Assembly (NCBI GenBank): GCA_023266675.1
Contig: JAHFPP010000006.1
Location: forward strand, 1 to 34,438
Reading direction: 5' to 3'
Length of the DNA stretch: 34,438 nucleotides
From: Candidatus Woesearchaeota archaeon
Lineage (GTDB): Archaea > Nanobdellota > Nanobdellia > Woesearchaeales > BM511
Made by a program: the position numbers and the translations under genes. Position 1 is the stretch's first letter, and each line of letters opens with the position of its first letter. Below the pieces are notes generated by a model. That model saw only the letters and a list, made by a program, of their open reading frames with translations, did no database searches and was not told the origin of the DNA. This document shows positions 8,538-17,286 of the stretch, in pieces.

Positions 8538-9733
8538 AACATTCCAAAATTAAAAAAGAGGTAAGGACAAACGTGGATAAGAAAGATGATTCTGAATATG
8601 ATGAGATATTTACAATTCGGTTTCAAAATTCTTCCTTTGTTAAAATTACTTTTAAATATGTTCCTTATATTGTACAAAATAAAAATTTTATTAGATTTGA
8701 ATCATACTGGCTTGAAGAATTACCTAAGAATCAAAATTTTTTAATTCATGAACTTAATGAATATATTTCAACTAAAGAAAGTTTAAGCGTCCTAATCCAT
8801 CCATCAATTAATAACTTAAGGTCTTCTGCAAGAAAAGTTATTTCACATTTAATAAATTCAACAAAAAAACCACAATTATTTTATAGTAATACTACTTTTT
8901 CCAGATACACATTAAACGATATATCTCATGCCCTATACGAATTTGATAACTCTATGAGTTTGCCGTTATTTAATAACAACTCGGATAGAAATTCTTCTTC
9001 TTACATTACATTAATCCCTTACTCAAAATTTAATGCTGTAATTGACATCAATGCAGTTCTAACATATCCTAACAACAATTTTATAAACTTATTTACCACC
9101 GATACACATACCAAACTTTATGTTCTTGTTGCTCCAACAGGTTTTGGCAAAAGCACGCTTATTAATGAAATGAGGTATTTATGTGTTAAACCAATGCCTA
9201 AAGTTACAACTAGACCTATTCGGAATTTGGCTGAATTGCAAGATACTACTATCGAATTTGTTTCTGAAGATATGTTTACTAAATTATCAAAAGATGAAGT
9301 AATTATTGGTAGTCATTTATATAACTCTCATCTTTACGGTTTAAAAAAAGCAAAAATACTCAATATTCCCAATTCATACATAAACTATGTTGTGGATTCT
9401 TGCGATGTTGATTCTGCATTCAGGTTAAAACAAGAATTTCCAGATATAATAAGGCTTGTAACTTTGTTTCCCTCCTTAACTTATGCAGGGTTTGGTTTAG
9501 AAGAACGATTAAAAGACTTATCAAAACCTTCTTCTGGTTTTGATTCATTTCAGGAAGAACTTGATTATTTACATAAAAATAAGATTGCACTAACTGACAC
9601 AAAAGCGCGCTTGGAGCATGTAGTTTCAGAATCAAGAAAGTTTGAGAAATATCTGCCTCACTTTGACATCGTGCTAAAAGGATATGACATGCAAGCAAAT
9701 GTAAATCAATTATTATTGGAGATGGCGAAGTGA
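8534..9733 (+). CDS. Unknown N-terminal domain + C-terminal guanylate-kinase-like domain (paralog 2)
   Basis: Same motifs as paralog 1 and the same C-terminus NQLLLEMAK. ATGA overlap with the upstream gene. Confidence 0.75.
   Translation: MKHSKIKKEVRTNVDKKDDSEYDEIFTIRFQNSSFVKITFKYVPYIVQNKNFIRFESYWLEELPKNQNFLIHELNEYISTKESLSVLIHPSINNLRSSARKVISHLINSTKKPQLFYSNTTFSRYTLNDISHALYEFDNSMSLPLFNNNSDRNSSSYITLIPYSKFNAVIDINAVLTYPNNNFINLFTTDTHTKLYVLVAPTGFGKSTLINEMRYLCVKPMPKVTTRPIRNLAELQDTTIEFVSEDMFTKLSKDEVIIGSHLYNSHLYGLKKAKILNIPNSYINYVVDSCDVDSAFRLKQEFPDIIRLVTLFPSLTYAGFGLEERLKDLSKPSSGFDSFQEELDYLHKNKIALTDTKARLEHVVSESRKFEKYLPHFDIVLKGYDMQANVNQLLLEMAK
9113..9733 (+). repeat. 621-bp duplicated kinase-like domain, copy 2
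   Basis: See copy 1; shared run TTATCAAAACCTTCTTCTGGTTTTGATTCATTTCA. Confidence 0.85.
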
Positions 9734-9739
9734 TTGTGA

Positions 9740-11581
9740 ATGGGGGAAAGTATTGATGACTTAATTGAGGAAAGTGAAGGTAAGTTACTTACTGAAACAA
9801 GATTAGAATTAACCCCTGAAATTACAAACATAACAGGTATTGAGAGATTAACAAGATTAGGTGAACTTTATGTTAAAGGTGATGTTCCTTCTGAATTATT
9901 AGCTTCTTTACTAGCTCATTCGACTCAGCTATCATCTTCTTTAAAAAAAGTTGAGATTTCTGAAAATTATGTCATTGGAAGTTTATCCTTCTTAGAAAAT
10001 TGTAAATCTCTTGAAATAATCTCTCTTCCCGATTATTGTCATTTAACAGATTTCTCTTTCCTTATGTCTACTAATTTGGCAGCAACCTTAAAAGAATTGA
10101 CTTTGAGGAACTGCGGCATCGAAGATATCTCTTTTTTAAGACAATATACCTCACTTGAACGGGTAAAACTTGGTAATTGCGAGCATATCCCTAATATTTC
10201 CTTATTAAGCTCTAATGTGCTTTCTTATACACTTCATGACTTGGATTTAACCGGTCTTAATTATTCAGTGAAAGATCTTAATTTTCTTGAAAGATATGCG
10301 TCCCTCAGAAAATTAAGGATTAGTATTTGTGATGGTGTTGAGGATTTCTCAATATTGGGTTCCAGAAATTTAGCTAAAACTCTAAACGAATTAGATTTAC
10401 AAACTGTTTTTCCAAAAGATATATCATTCTTAGAAAAGTATGAGTCTCTTGAAAAGTTATCATTACATCTTTCACGTATTGATTCTGGTTTCTCAGTGTT
10501 AAGTTCAAAAAATCTGTCCAGCACATTAAAAAGTTTGCGTGTGTCTGGAGGTATTAAGGATATTTCTTTTTTAGAAGGATATACTTCCCTTGAAGAATTG
10601 ACAATTAAAGGGGGTGTCTCTATATCTGATTTTTCAGTATTAAATTCTAAAAATTTAATTGAAAACCTCAAAAAGATTCGCCTTGAAACAATTGGTATAG
10701 CTGACGTTTCTTTTTTGGAATATCCATTATCTCTTGAAGAATTAACATTATCTTCTTGCGTCTTTATTCAAGATTTATCGGTTTTAAATAGCTCTAATTT
10801 AAAAGACAACATAAAAAAGTTGAATTTAACTTTTACTCCTCATTTAGAGGATATCACTTTATTTTTAGATTATAAAAACTTAAGGTCTTTACTTTTATCA
10901 CACCAAAACCTAAACTGGTTCAAAGTTGTGGATGGAAAGTTTATTAATCAGGAAACAATCCAAACACTTAGAGAAAAAGGAGTTAATGTTGATATTCAAG
11001 GGGATATTAAATCTCCTGATTTTGAACAACAGCCTTGTTTGTATCTGGTTTGTGGTCCTTCTGGTTCTGGAAAATCAACTTTAATCAAAGATTTGAGAAA
11101 AGAGATGAATGTTAAACAGTTAGTCAAATCCACTTCAAGAGAATTAAGAAATGGTGAAACTCCAATAAATGGGGCAATATTTCATAGAAGTTTAGATGAG
11201 ATGACAAGACTATATCAAGATAAAAAATTATTATTTTTTCATGAATACGTTGGCAACCTTTATGGTATCGGGTTATCTGATTTCTCAGGTTCAAAACAAT
11301 CCAATAATAAACATCTCTTTGATACATGTGATATTGACGCAGCATATCGTTTAAGAGAATTGTATCCTGGGTTTGTTAAAGTAATTGCCTTAATACCAAC
11401 AATTTCAGAGATTGAACAAGGATTGCAAAGACGAAATAGTTATGATAAACAAAACAGGCTTCCCAGAATAAAAGACGAGTTAAATCTAACACTTGCCTAC
11501 TCACAAGATGCAGATTATGTTGTTCATGGAAACAGTTGGAAAGAACGAAAAGATAAGATTAAAGAAATATTAAAGACTTAG
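9740..11581 (+). CDS. Leucine-rich-repeat protein with C-terminal guanylate-kinase-like domain
   Basis: Repeats of DISFLxxYxSLExL alternating with DFSvLxSxNLxxxLKxL, then LYLVCGPSGSGKSTL, KSTSRELRNGE, HEYVGNLYG. Confidence 0.85.
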   Translation: MGESIDDLIEESEGKLLTETRLELTPEITNITGIERLTRLGELYVKGDVPSELLASLLAHSTQLSSSLKKVEISENYVIGSLSFLENCKSLEIISLPDYCHLTDFSFLMSTNLAATLKELTLRNCGIEDISFLRQYTSLERVKLGNCEHIPNISLLSSNVLSYTLHDLDLTGLNYSVKDLNFLERYASLRKLRISICDGVEDFSILGSRNLAKTLNELDLQTVFPKDISFLEKYESLEKLSLHLSRIDSGFSVLSSKNLSSTLKSLRVSGGIKDISFLEGYTSLEELTIKGGVSISDFSVLNSKNLIENLKKIRLETIGIADVSFLEYPLSLEELTLSSCVFIQDLSVLNSSNLKDNIKKLNLTFTPHLEDITLFLDYKNLRSLLLSHQNLNWFKVVDGKFINQETIQTLREKGVNVDIQGDIKSPDFEQQPCLYLVCGPSGSGKSTLIKDLRKEMNVKQLVKSTSRELRNGETPINGAIFHRSLDEMTRLYQDKKLLFFHEYVGNLYGIGLSDFSGSKQSNNKHLFDTCDIDAAYRLRELYPGFVKVIALIPTISEIEQGLQRRNSYDKQNRLPRIKDELNLTLAYSQDADYVVHGNSWKERKDKIKEILKT

Positions 11582-11667
11582 TTATTCCCTACGTATCCGC
11601 TTTGCTTGTTGTACATCATGTACGGCAAAAGCGCTTTTTTTATTCTTTTTCTGAAAAAAAACATCAT
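11578..11667 (-). CDS. Putative 28-29 aa small protein (M)MFFFRKRIKKALLPYMMYNKQSGYVGNN
   Basis: Not in ORF track. GAGGTG SD and AAAAG-TTTATATA upstream. Stop overlaps the convergent stop of the LRR gene. Confidence 0.45.
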   Translation of the reverse strand: MMFFFRKRIKKALLPYMMYNKQSGYVGNN

Positions 11668-11747
11668 AACACCTCTTTAGTTTGTTATCGTCTATAGTAT
11701 AGATAAACGTATACTAGTATATAAACTTTTTTATTTCTTAGAAAAAT

Positions 11748-12407
11748 CTAATAAAACTCTATTTCTCCATCCATGTAAACTCCTTTCTTGAGCTTTACCG
11801 GTCGCCACGAGTCCTCTACAAGCGTTGCATCAAGCCACTCTGCAAGCTCCTTTGGGTTGCCAATAGTTGCAGAGAGTCCGATTAGCTGCATTTTTCTTAA
11901 GACTTTTTTTAGAACTGTAATTATGACTTCAAGCGTTGGCCCGCGCGACGCGTCGTTTAATAAGTGGATTTCGTCAATAATAACAACACTTACAAATCTT
12001 AGCCATGGCGTATGGTGTCTTATGAGTGAATCAAGCTTTTCGCTTGTCGTGACAATCAAATCGTATTTTTCAAGGTAAGAGTCGTTTGAATCTGTGTCTC
12101 CAACTGAAAGCGCAACTTTGATGTCAGGATACCTTTCCTTGAATTCTTTGTATTTCTCTGATGCCAAAGCTTTTAGCGGCACAATATAAACAGCTTTGCC
12201 TATCTGATTATATATAGAGTTTAATGATGCAAGCTCTGCAATCAGCGTTTTTCCGCTAGCTGTTGGCGTGCAGACTAAAAGATTTTTGTTTTCAAAAAGC
12301 CCAGCTTTTATTGATTTTTCCTGTGAAGGCCTAAGTTCAGTAATCTTTGACTCAAGCTTCTCATAAAGCTTTGGGTGAATCTCATTTTTTATATCTAATA
12401 GTTTCAT
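11748..12407 (-). CDS. Hel308/Ski2-like SF2 helicase, N-terminal RecA domain only
   Basis: Q motif LRPSQ, PTASGKT, PLKALA, TSEKLD, DEIH, RGPTLE, LSAT. Ends shortly after WRPVKL. Confidence 0.85.
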   Translation of the reverse strand: MKLLDIKNEIHPKLYEKLESKITELRPSQEKSIKAGLFENKNLLVCTPTASGKTLIAELASLNSIYNQIGKAVYIVPLKALASEKYKEFKERYPDIKVALSVGDTDSNDSYLEKYDLIVTTSEKLDSLIRHHTPWLRFVSVVIIDEIHLLNDASRGPTLEVIITVLKKVLRKMQLIGLSATIGNPKELAEWLDATLVEDSWRPVKLKKGVYMDGEIEFY

Positions 12408-12432
12408 AATCAATTTAGAAATCCGTTCTTTA

Positions 12433-13104
12433 TTAAATCTTATTCTTTTTTACAAGCTTTCCTTTCTCAAACTTGTAAACAATCGGTTTTCCTGTAGGCA
12501 CTTCAAGCGAAGCTATTTTGTAATTGGAAATGTTTTCAATGTGTTTTATTATTCCCCTTAAACTGTTTCCGTGCGCAGATACTATCACATTTTTTCCTGA
12601 TTTTACATCTTTCATTATATTTTTCTTAAAATATGGAAGCGTTCGTTTGATTGTGTCTTTCAGTGACTCACCATTAGGCGGCCTTATATCATAGCTTCGT
12701 CTCCACTCAAAAACCTGTTCTTTGCCGTACTTTTTTCTTGCCTGGCTTTTGTTTACTCCTTGAAGTGCTCCGTAATACCTTTCGTTAAGCGCGACATTAG
12801 AATAAATTGGGATTTCCCTGTTTTCAAGTTCTGGTGTGTGAAAGCTCCATCGTTTTTCTTTTCCTTCATTATGTAAAAATATTCCTGTGTGGTTTTGTTT
12901 TGAAAGAATTATGAGTAATGTTTCTGTAGCTCTCTGGAGTTTTGAAGTGTAAGCAACGTCAAATGATATCTTTTCTAGCTGCTTTGCGCATATTAACGCT
13001 TCTTTTATGCCTTTCTCGCTTAATGGTACATCAACCCATCCTGTAAACTTATCCTGCTTATTCCAGCGTGATTCTCCATGCCTTACAAGTATCAAGTAAC
13101 CCAT
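12433..13104 (-). CDS. gpmA: 2,3-bisphosphoglycerate-dependent phosphoglycerate mutase
   Basis: LVRHGES-WN...FTGWVDVPL, LNERYYGALQG, WRRSYD, GESLKDT, AHGNSLR. Confidence 0.95.
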   Translation of the reverse strand: MGYLILVRHGESRWNKQDKFTGWVDVPLSEKGIKEALICAKQLEKISFDVAYTSKLQRATETLLIILSKQNHTGIFLHNEGKEKRWSFHTPELENREIPIYSNVALNERYYGALQGVNKSQARKKYGKEQVFEWRRSYDIRPPNGESLKDTIKRTLPYFKKNIMKDVKSGKNVIVSAHGNSLRGIIKHIENISNYKIASLEVPTGKPIVYKFEKGKLVKKNKI

Positions 13105-13133
13105 TTTATCTCCTTCTTTATCAGTTTATTCCT

Positions 13134-13631
13134 TTATTTTACTTTTGCGTATAAATACATATCGAAATACTTATCCTTTAATTTAATTGATTTTCTGCTT
13201 ATTCCTTCTTTTTTATATAGGTTCTTTATGGCAACTTTCTCGCTTGCTTTATTTCTTACATCCATCATTATCTCAATTCTTGCAATACCTAATTTCTTAA
13301 AGCATATCTTTTCCAGATGTTTAACAACTTTAGATGCAATGCCTTTATTCCAATGTGTTTCATCAACAAAGTATCCTATCTCTGCAATGTGTTTTCTTCT
13401 CGGGTGGATATGGATTCCTGCGCCGCCAACTATTTTTCCATCAATTATTATTGCAAGCCCGTAATCTGTCTTGTTCTTTCTTAATTTTAAACTGTTTTTT
13501 AGGTAATCAATTTCTCCTTTAAGGCTTTTTGGCTTTGTACTAAAATACTTAAAATTCGGGTTATTTAATATTTCAAAAAAGCGTTTTGCGTCCGTTATCC
13601 TATAATCACGAAGTGAAATTTCATTTTCTAT
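13134..13631 (-). CDS. RimJ/RimL-family GNAT acetyltransferase, non-canonical (ATA) start or start-proximal frameshift
   Basis: Not in ORF track. Open 166-codon frame: ENEISLRDY...IIIDGKIVGGAGI...AEIGYFVDETHWNKGIAS...RIEI...NKASEKVA...YKKEG. Confidence 0.75.
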   Translation of the reverse strand: MENEISLRDYRITDAKRFFEILNNPNFKYFSTKPKSLKGEIDYLKNSLKLRKNKTDYGLAIIIDGKIVGGAGIHIHPRRKHIAEIGYFVDETHWNKGIASKVVKHLEKICFKKLGIARIEIMMDVRNKASEKVAIKNLYKKEGISRKSIKLKDKYFDMYLYAKVK

Positions 13632-13635
13632 AATT

Positions 13636-14898
13636 CTATTTCACCTTCATTTTTGAGTATTTTGCGCGTCCTTCAAGCTCCTCTTCAATCCTTAAGAGCT
13701 GATTGTATTTGCATGTACGCTCGCCACGGGCAGGTGCGCCGATTTTTATCTGGCCGCAGCCAAGAGCCACAGATAAGTCTGCGATGAACGGGTCTTCTGA
13801 TTCTCCGCTTCGGTGGCTTACCATTATGTTCCACTTGTTTTCGTTTGCAATTCTTGCAGCGTCAAACGCCTGCGTAAGTGTTCCTATCTGGTTGACTTTT
13901 AATAAAAGAGCGTTACACATCTTTTTTTCAGCTGCTTTCTTGATTCTTTCAATGTTTGTGACGAGTAGGTCGTCGCCGACAACCTGAAGCTTTGATCTTC
14001 TCATGAAGCTTGACCATGATTCAAAATCATCCTGCTCAAATGGGTCCTCAATTGAGATTATTGGGTAATTCTTTGCAAGCTTGTTGTAATAATCTATGAG
14101 TTTTGCCGATTCAAATATCTTGTCTTCGTCAACAGTGTATTTTTTGTTGTTGTAAAACGTTGATGACGCAACATCAATTGCTATCTTCATCTTTGAGCTG
14201 TAGCCCGCTTTGTTGATAGCTTTTGTCAGGATGTCAAGCGCGTCTTCAGGGTTTCTTAAAGGGGGTGCAAATCCTCCTTCGTCGCCTACATTGATTGCGT
14301 TTTTCCCGAATCTATCAAGTAAAATTCCCCTTAGGGAGTAATATGTTTCTGAAACCATCATTGTGGCTTCCCTGAAATCTTTTGCTTTAACTGGCGCTAC
14401 CATAAACTCTTGAAACGAGAGTCCGTTTCCTGCGTGTGAACCGCCGTTAATTATGTTTGAGAAAGGAACCGGCATCTTCATCTTATAGCCAAGGCTCTTG
14501 TTTAGATGCTCATACAGGTTTTTATCATTAGCCATAGCAGCAGCGCGACACACTGCCATTGACACGCCAAGTATAGCGTTTGCGCCTAAATTCTTCTTGC
14601 TTTCAGTGCCGTCAAGGTCAATCATTGTCTGGTCGATTAACAGCTGGTCAGAAACATCCATTCCTATAATTGATTTTGAGATTCTATTGTTAACATTATT
14701 GACTGCATTCAAAACTCCTCGTCCGTGATACCTTTGCCCGCCGTCTTTAAGCTCTAACGCTTCATAAACGCCTGTTGACGCGCCTGACGGAACAATTGCT
14801 CGTCCCCAAGCCTTCTCTGCGATGATATCAACTTCCACTGTTGGATTGCCTCTTGAGTCCAACACCTCTCTTGCTACAACTTTTTCAATTTTTGCCAT
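13636..14898 (-). CDS. eno: Enolase
   Basis: DSRGNPTVEV, VPSGASTG, VGDEGGFAP, LLKVNQIGT, SHRSGE. Confidence 0.98.
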   Translation of the reverse strand: MAKIEKVVAREVLDSRGNPTVEVDIIAEKAWGRAIVPSGASTGVYEALELKDGGQRYHGRGVLNAVNNVNNRISKSIIGMDVSDQLLIDQTMIDLDGTESKKNLGANAILGVSMAVCRAAAMANDKNLYEHLNKSLGYKMKMPVPFSNIINGGSHAGNGLSFQEFMVAPVKAKDFREATMMVSETYYSLRGILLDRFGKNAINVGDEGGFAPPLRNPEDALDILTKAINKAGYSSKMKIAIDVASSTFYNNKKYTVDEDKIFESAKLIDYYNKLAKNYPIISIEDPFEQDDFESWSSFMRRSKLQVVGDDLLVTNIERIKKAAEKKMCNALLLKVNQIGTLTQAFDAARIANENKWNIMVSHRSGESEDPFIADLSVALGCGQIKIGAPARGERTCKYNQLLRIEEELEGRAKYSKMKVK

Positions 14899-15045
14899 AA
14901 CACCACAATCAAAAATAGTAGAATATAAACTTTTCTCTTAATTGGGCGGTGTAAATTCTTTTTTTGAGTTAATATTAAATTTAAAACTGTTTTTTATTAG
15001 AATTTCTTTTCTATAAATTTTATTTTGGTATATCTTTCTTATTAA

Positions 15046-15423
15046 TCAAAGCCCTAAACCTGGTTTTATATCAAATTGATATGTTTCTAACATTCTTCTT
15101 GCATATGGTAAGTCATCACTTAACTTTAGAATAGAATTTCCTACCCACCACCTTTTTGTTTCTCCTATTTTTATGAACCTCATTCTTTCTGATTCGGGTG
15201 AATTTGCAATGTGTTCAAGCGCTTCAATAGGAGTATGACCCGCTGTGTTGCCATTTTCATAATTTACATGCAGCTTGTGTATTGCCCTAATGGCAGATAT
15301 GTCCTCTGGGGAATAGTTCTTGGCAGCGCAATAATCATTAAATTTCTTTATTTCTCTCCCTTCTTCAATCATTTCTTGGATATGTTCTGAAATAAAATCA
15401 GATATGTCTACTTCTTCATCCAT
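15046..15423 (-). CDS. Hypothetical protein
   Basis: 125-aa ORF with an upstream TTTATATA box. No recognised motif. Confidence 0.6.
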   Translation of the reverse strand: MDEEVDISDFISEHIQEMIEEGREIKKFNDYCAAKNYSPEDISAIRAIHKLHVNYENGNTAGHTPIEALEHIANSPESERMRFIKIGETKRWWVGNSILKLSDDLPYARRMLETYQFDIKPGLGL

Positions 15424-15576
15424 ATTCTTTTATTTTATCATTTTATATATAAATCTTATTAAAATATCCTACCTTCATAATAGTAACTAAATAAAATTTA
15501 ACTTTTTAGTGGTTTTTGAAAATAATTCGTGTATTCTATAAGAAATCTTTTTAAATGAAGTTTAGATTCTGCTCTT

Positions 15577-16605
15577 ATGAGCGACACATTTCTACCGTTT
15601 GAGAAGACAAAAAGGCAGGTTCTAGTTAAAAAACCTGCTGAGACGTCAGATAAGTTTGGTCGCTCGCCAGACAAAAGAAGCGTTGAGGAGCTCATAAATT
15701 ATGGAATAATCAACGTTGACAAGCCAGAAGGTCCAACATCCCACCAGGTGTCAGCTTACGTCCAGAAGATTCTTCATATCAAAAAGTCTGGGCACTCAGG
15801 AACGCTTGACCCGGGTGTAACAGGATGCCTTCCTGTAGCAACAGGCATTGCTACAAGGATTGTTCAGACTCTTTTACCATCAGGAAAAGAGTATATCTGC
15901 ATGATGCACCTTCATAAAGAAGTTGATGAGTACGAGCTTAGAAAGGTCATTACAACATTCATTGGAAAGATTAAGCAGCTTCCGCCAATAAAATCCGCTG
16001 TAAAAAGACAGTGGAGATTTCGAAAAATATATTATATTGATATTCTTGACATGGACGGCAAAGATGTTTTATTCAAAGTTGGGTGCCAGGCAGGAACATA
16101 TATCCGAAAGCTTGTGCACGACATAGGAAAAACTTTAGGCTGCGGCGCTCACATGGCAGAGCTTCGGCGAACAAAAGCAGGACCGTTCAATGAAGACACA
16201 TTAGTCACACTTCAGGACTTGCATGATGCATACCATTATTGGAAGGAAGAAGGAAACGACAAATACATCAGGCACTGCATAAAACCTGTTGAGTTTGGAG
16301 TTTCGCATCTTGCAAAGATATGGGTCTTTGACACGACAGTTGATTCACTGTGCCACGGAATAAACCTCAAGGTGCCTGGAATCTCCAAAGTTGAGTCAGA
16401 CATTCAGGTAGATGACCTGGTCGCAGTAATGTCCTTAAAAGACGAGCTAATCGCCATTGGCAGTGCAAAAATGATAACAAATGATATACTAAAAAATGAA
16501 CGAGGGGTTGCTGTAATGATTGACAAAGTATTTATGCAACCTAATATTTACCCGCGAATCGAAAAAAAACCAGATAAGATAGCGATTCCAAATGAATACA
16601 AATGA
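15577..16605 (+). CDS. cbf5: H/ACA RNA-guided pseudouridine synthase Cbf5 (TruB family)
   Basis: DKPEGPTSHQV, GHSGTLDP, QLPPIKSAVKR, GTYIRKL, ELRRT, C-terminal PUA domain. Confidence 0.95.
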   Translation: MSDTFLPFEKTKRQVLVKKPAETSDKFGRSPDKRSVEELINYGIINVDKPEGPTSHQVSAYVQKILHIKKSGHSGTLDPGVTGCLPVATGIATRIVQTLLPSGKEYICMMHLHKEVDEYELRKVITTFIGKIKQLPPIKSAVKRQWRFRKIYYIDILDMDGKDVLFKVGCQAGTYIRKLVHDIGKTLGCGAHMAELRRTKAGPFNEDTLVTLQDLHDAYHYWKEEGNDKYIRHCIKPVEFGVSHLAKIWVFDTTVDSLCHGINLKVPGISKVESDIQVDDLVAVMSLKDELIAIGSAKMITNDILKNERGVAVMIDKVFMQPNIYPRIEKKPDKIAIPNEYK

Positions 16606-17206
16606 TGACCCCGACGCGGACGGCGAGAAGCATTTCTCACAGGATTTCTTCTTAAAAATAATCGATAAATTTGTTGAAAACGAAAAAAAAATATACATCT
16701 TTCTTGCAATATTCCTCTCTTTTATCATTGTTCTTGCATTCTTTGACATGATAAACATAAAAAAGATTTTCGCATTCATACTGTTTGTGATAATAGGAGG
16801 GACTTTCAAGTATCTCATCACCAATTACAAGCTTGGAGTTGAGTTCACACCAATAGTTTTCTTTTGTGTGCTTATAGGAAAATATTTCGGAATATTCTGG
16901 GTGATACCCTATATTCTTATAGCTGATATAATGGCAGAAGTTATAGCAGGAGACGGGCCAACTGGAGGGTCAGTTCCTTACTGGATTTGGATGTTTTTAA
17001 TAGCAATAATTGCAAAGCCATTTGACCTTCTTGGAGTTGGCATGGTTCTTATACCTCTAATCCACTTTCTAGGAAGCCTAGCAATAGATCAATTTCTTAA
17101 AGGCGGCATTAATGCATGGAGGTTCTCGTCTGCACTTGCAAATCTTGTAATCCTCTTATATTTTTTTATAAGACTCTCCGGGTTTTTTATTGGGATTGCG
17201 ACTTAA
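16592..17206 (+). CDS. Multi-pass membrane protein of unknown function
   Basis: About 6-7 hydrophobic segments. Overlaps the cbf5 end. Confidence 0.7.
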   Translation: MNTNDDPDADGEKHFSQDFFLKIIDKFVENEKKIYIFLAIFLSFIIVLAFFDMINIKKIFAFILFVIIGGTFKYLITNYKLGVEFTPIVFFCVLIGKYFGIFWVIPYILIADIMAEVIAGDGPTGGSVPYWIWMFLIAIIAKPFDLLGVGMVLIPLIHFLGSLAIDQFLKGGINAWRFSSALANLVILLYFFIRLSGFFIGIAT

Positions 17207-17286
17207 CTTTTTCCGATAAACTAGATTAGAAAATATTTTTTTCGATAGTTTTAAATAGTTTTTTTTTATAATTTTTAAAAGCGTGG

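Noticed and set aside
7917..9733. Diversity-generating retroelement TR/VR pair
   Set aside because: Both copies are coding, differences are not adenine-specific, and there is no reverse transcriptase in the window.
9970..10910. CRISPR array or DNA tandem repeat
   Set aside because: The periodicity is at protein level (LRR) with divergent codons. There are no identical repeats with spacers.
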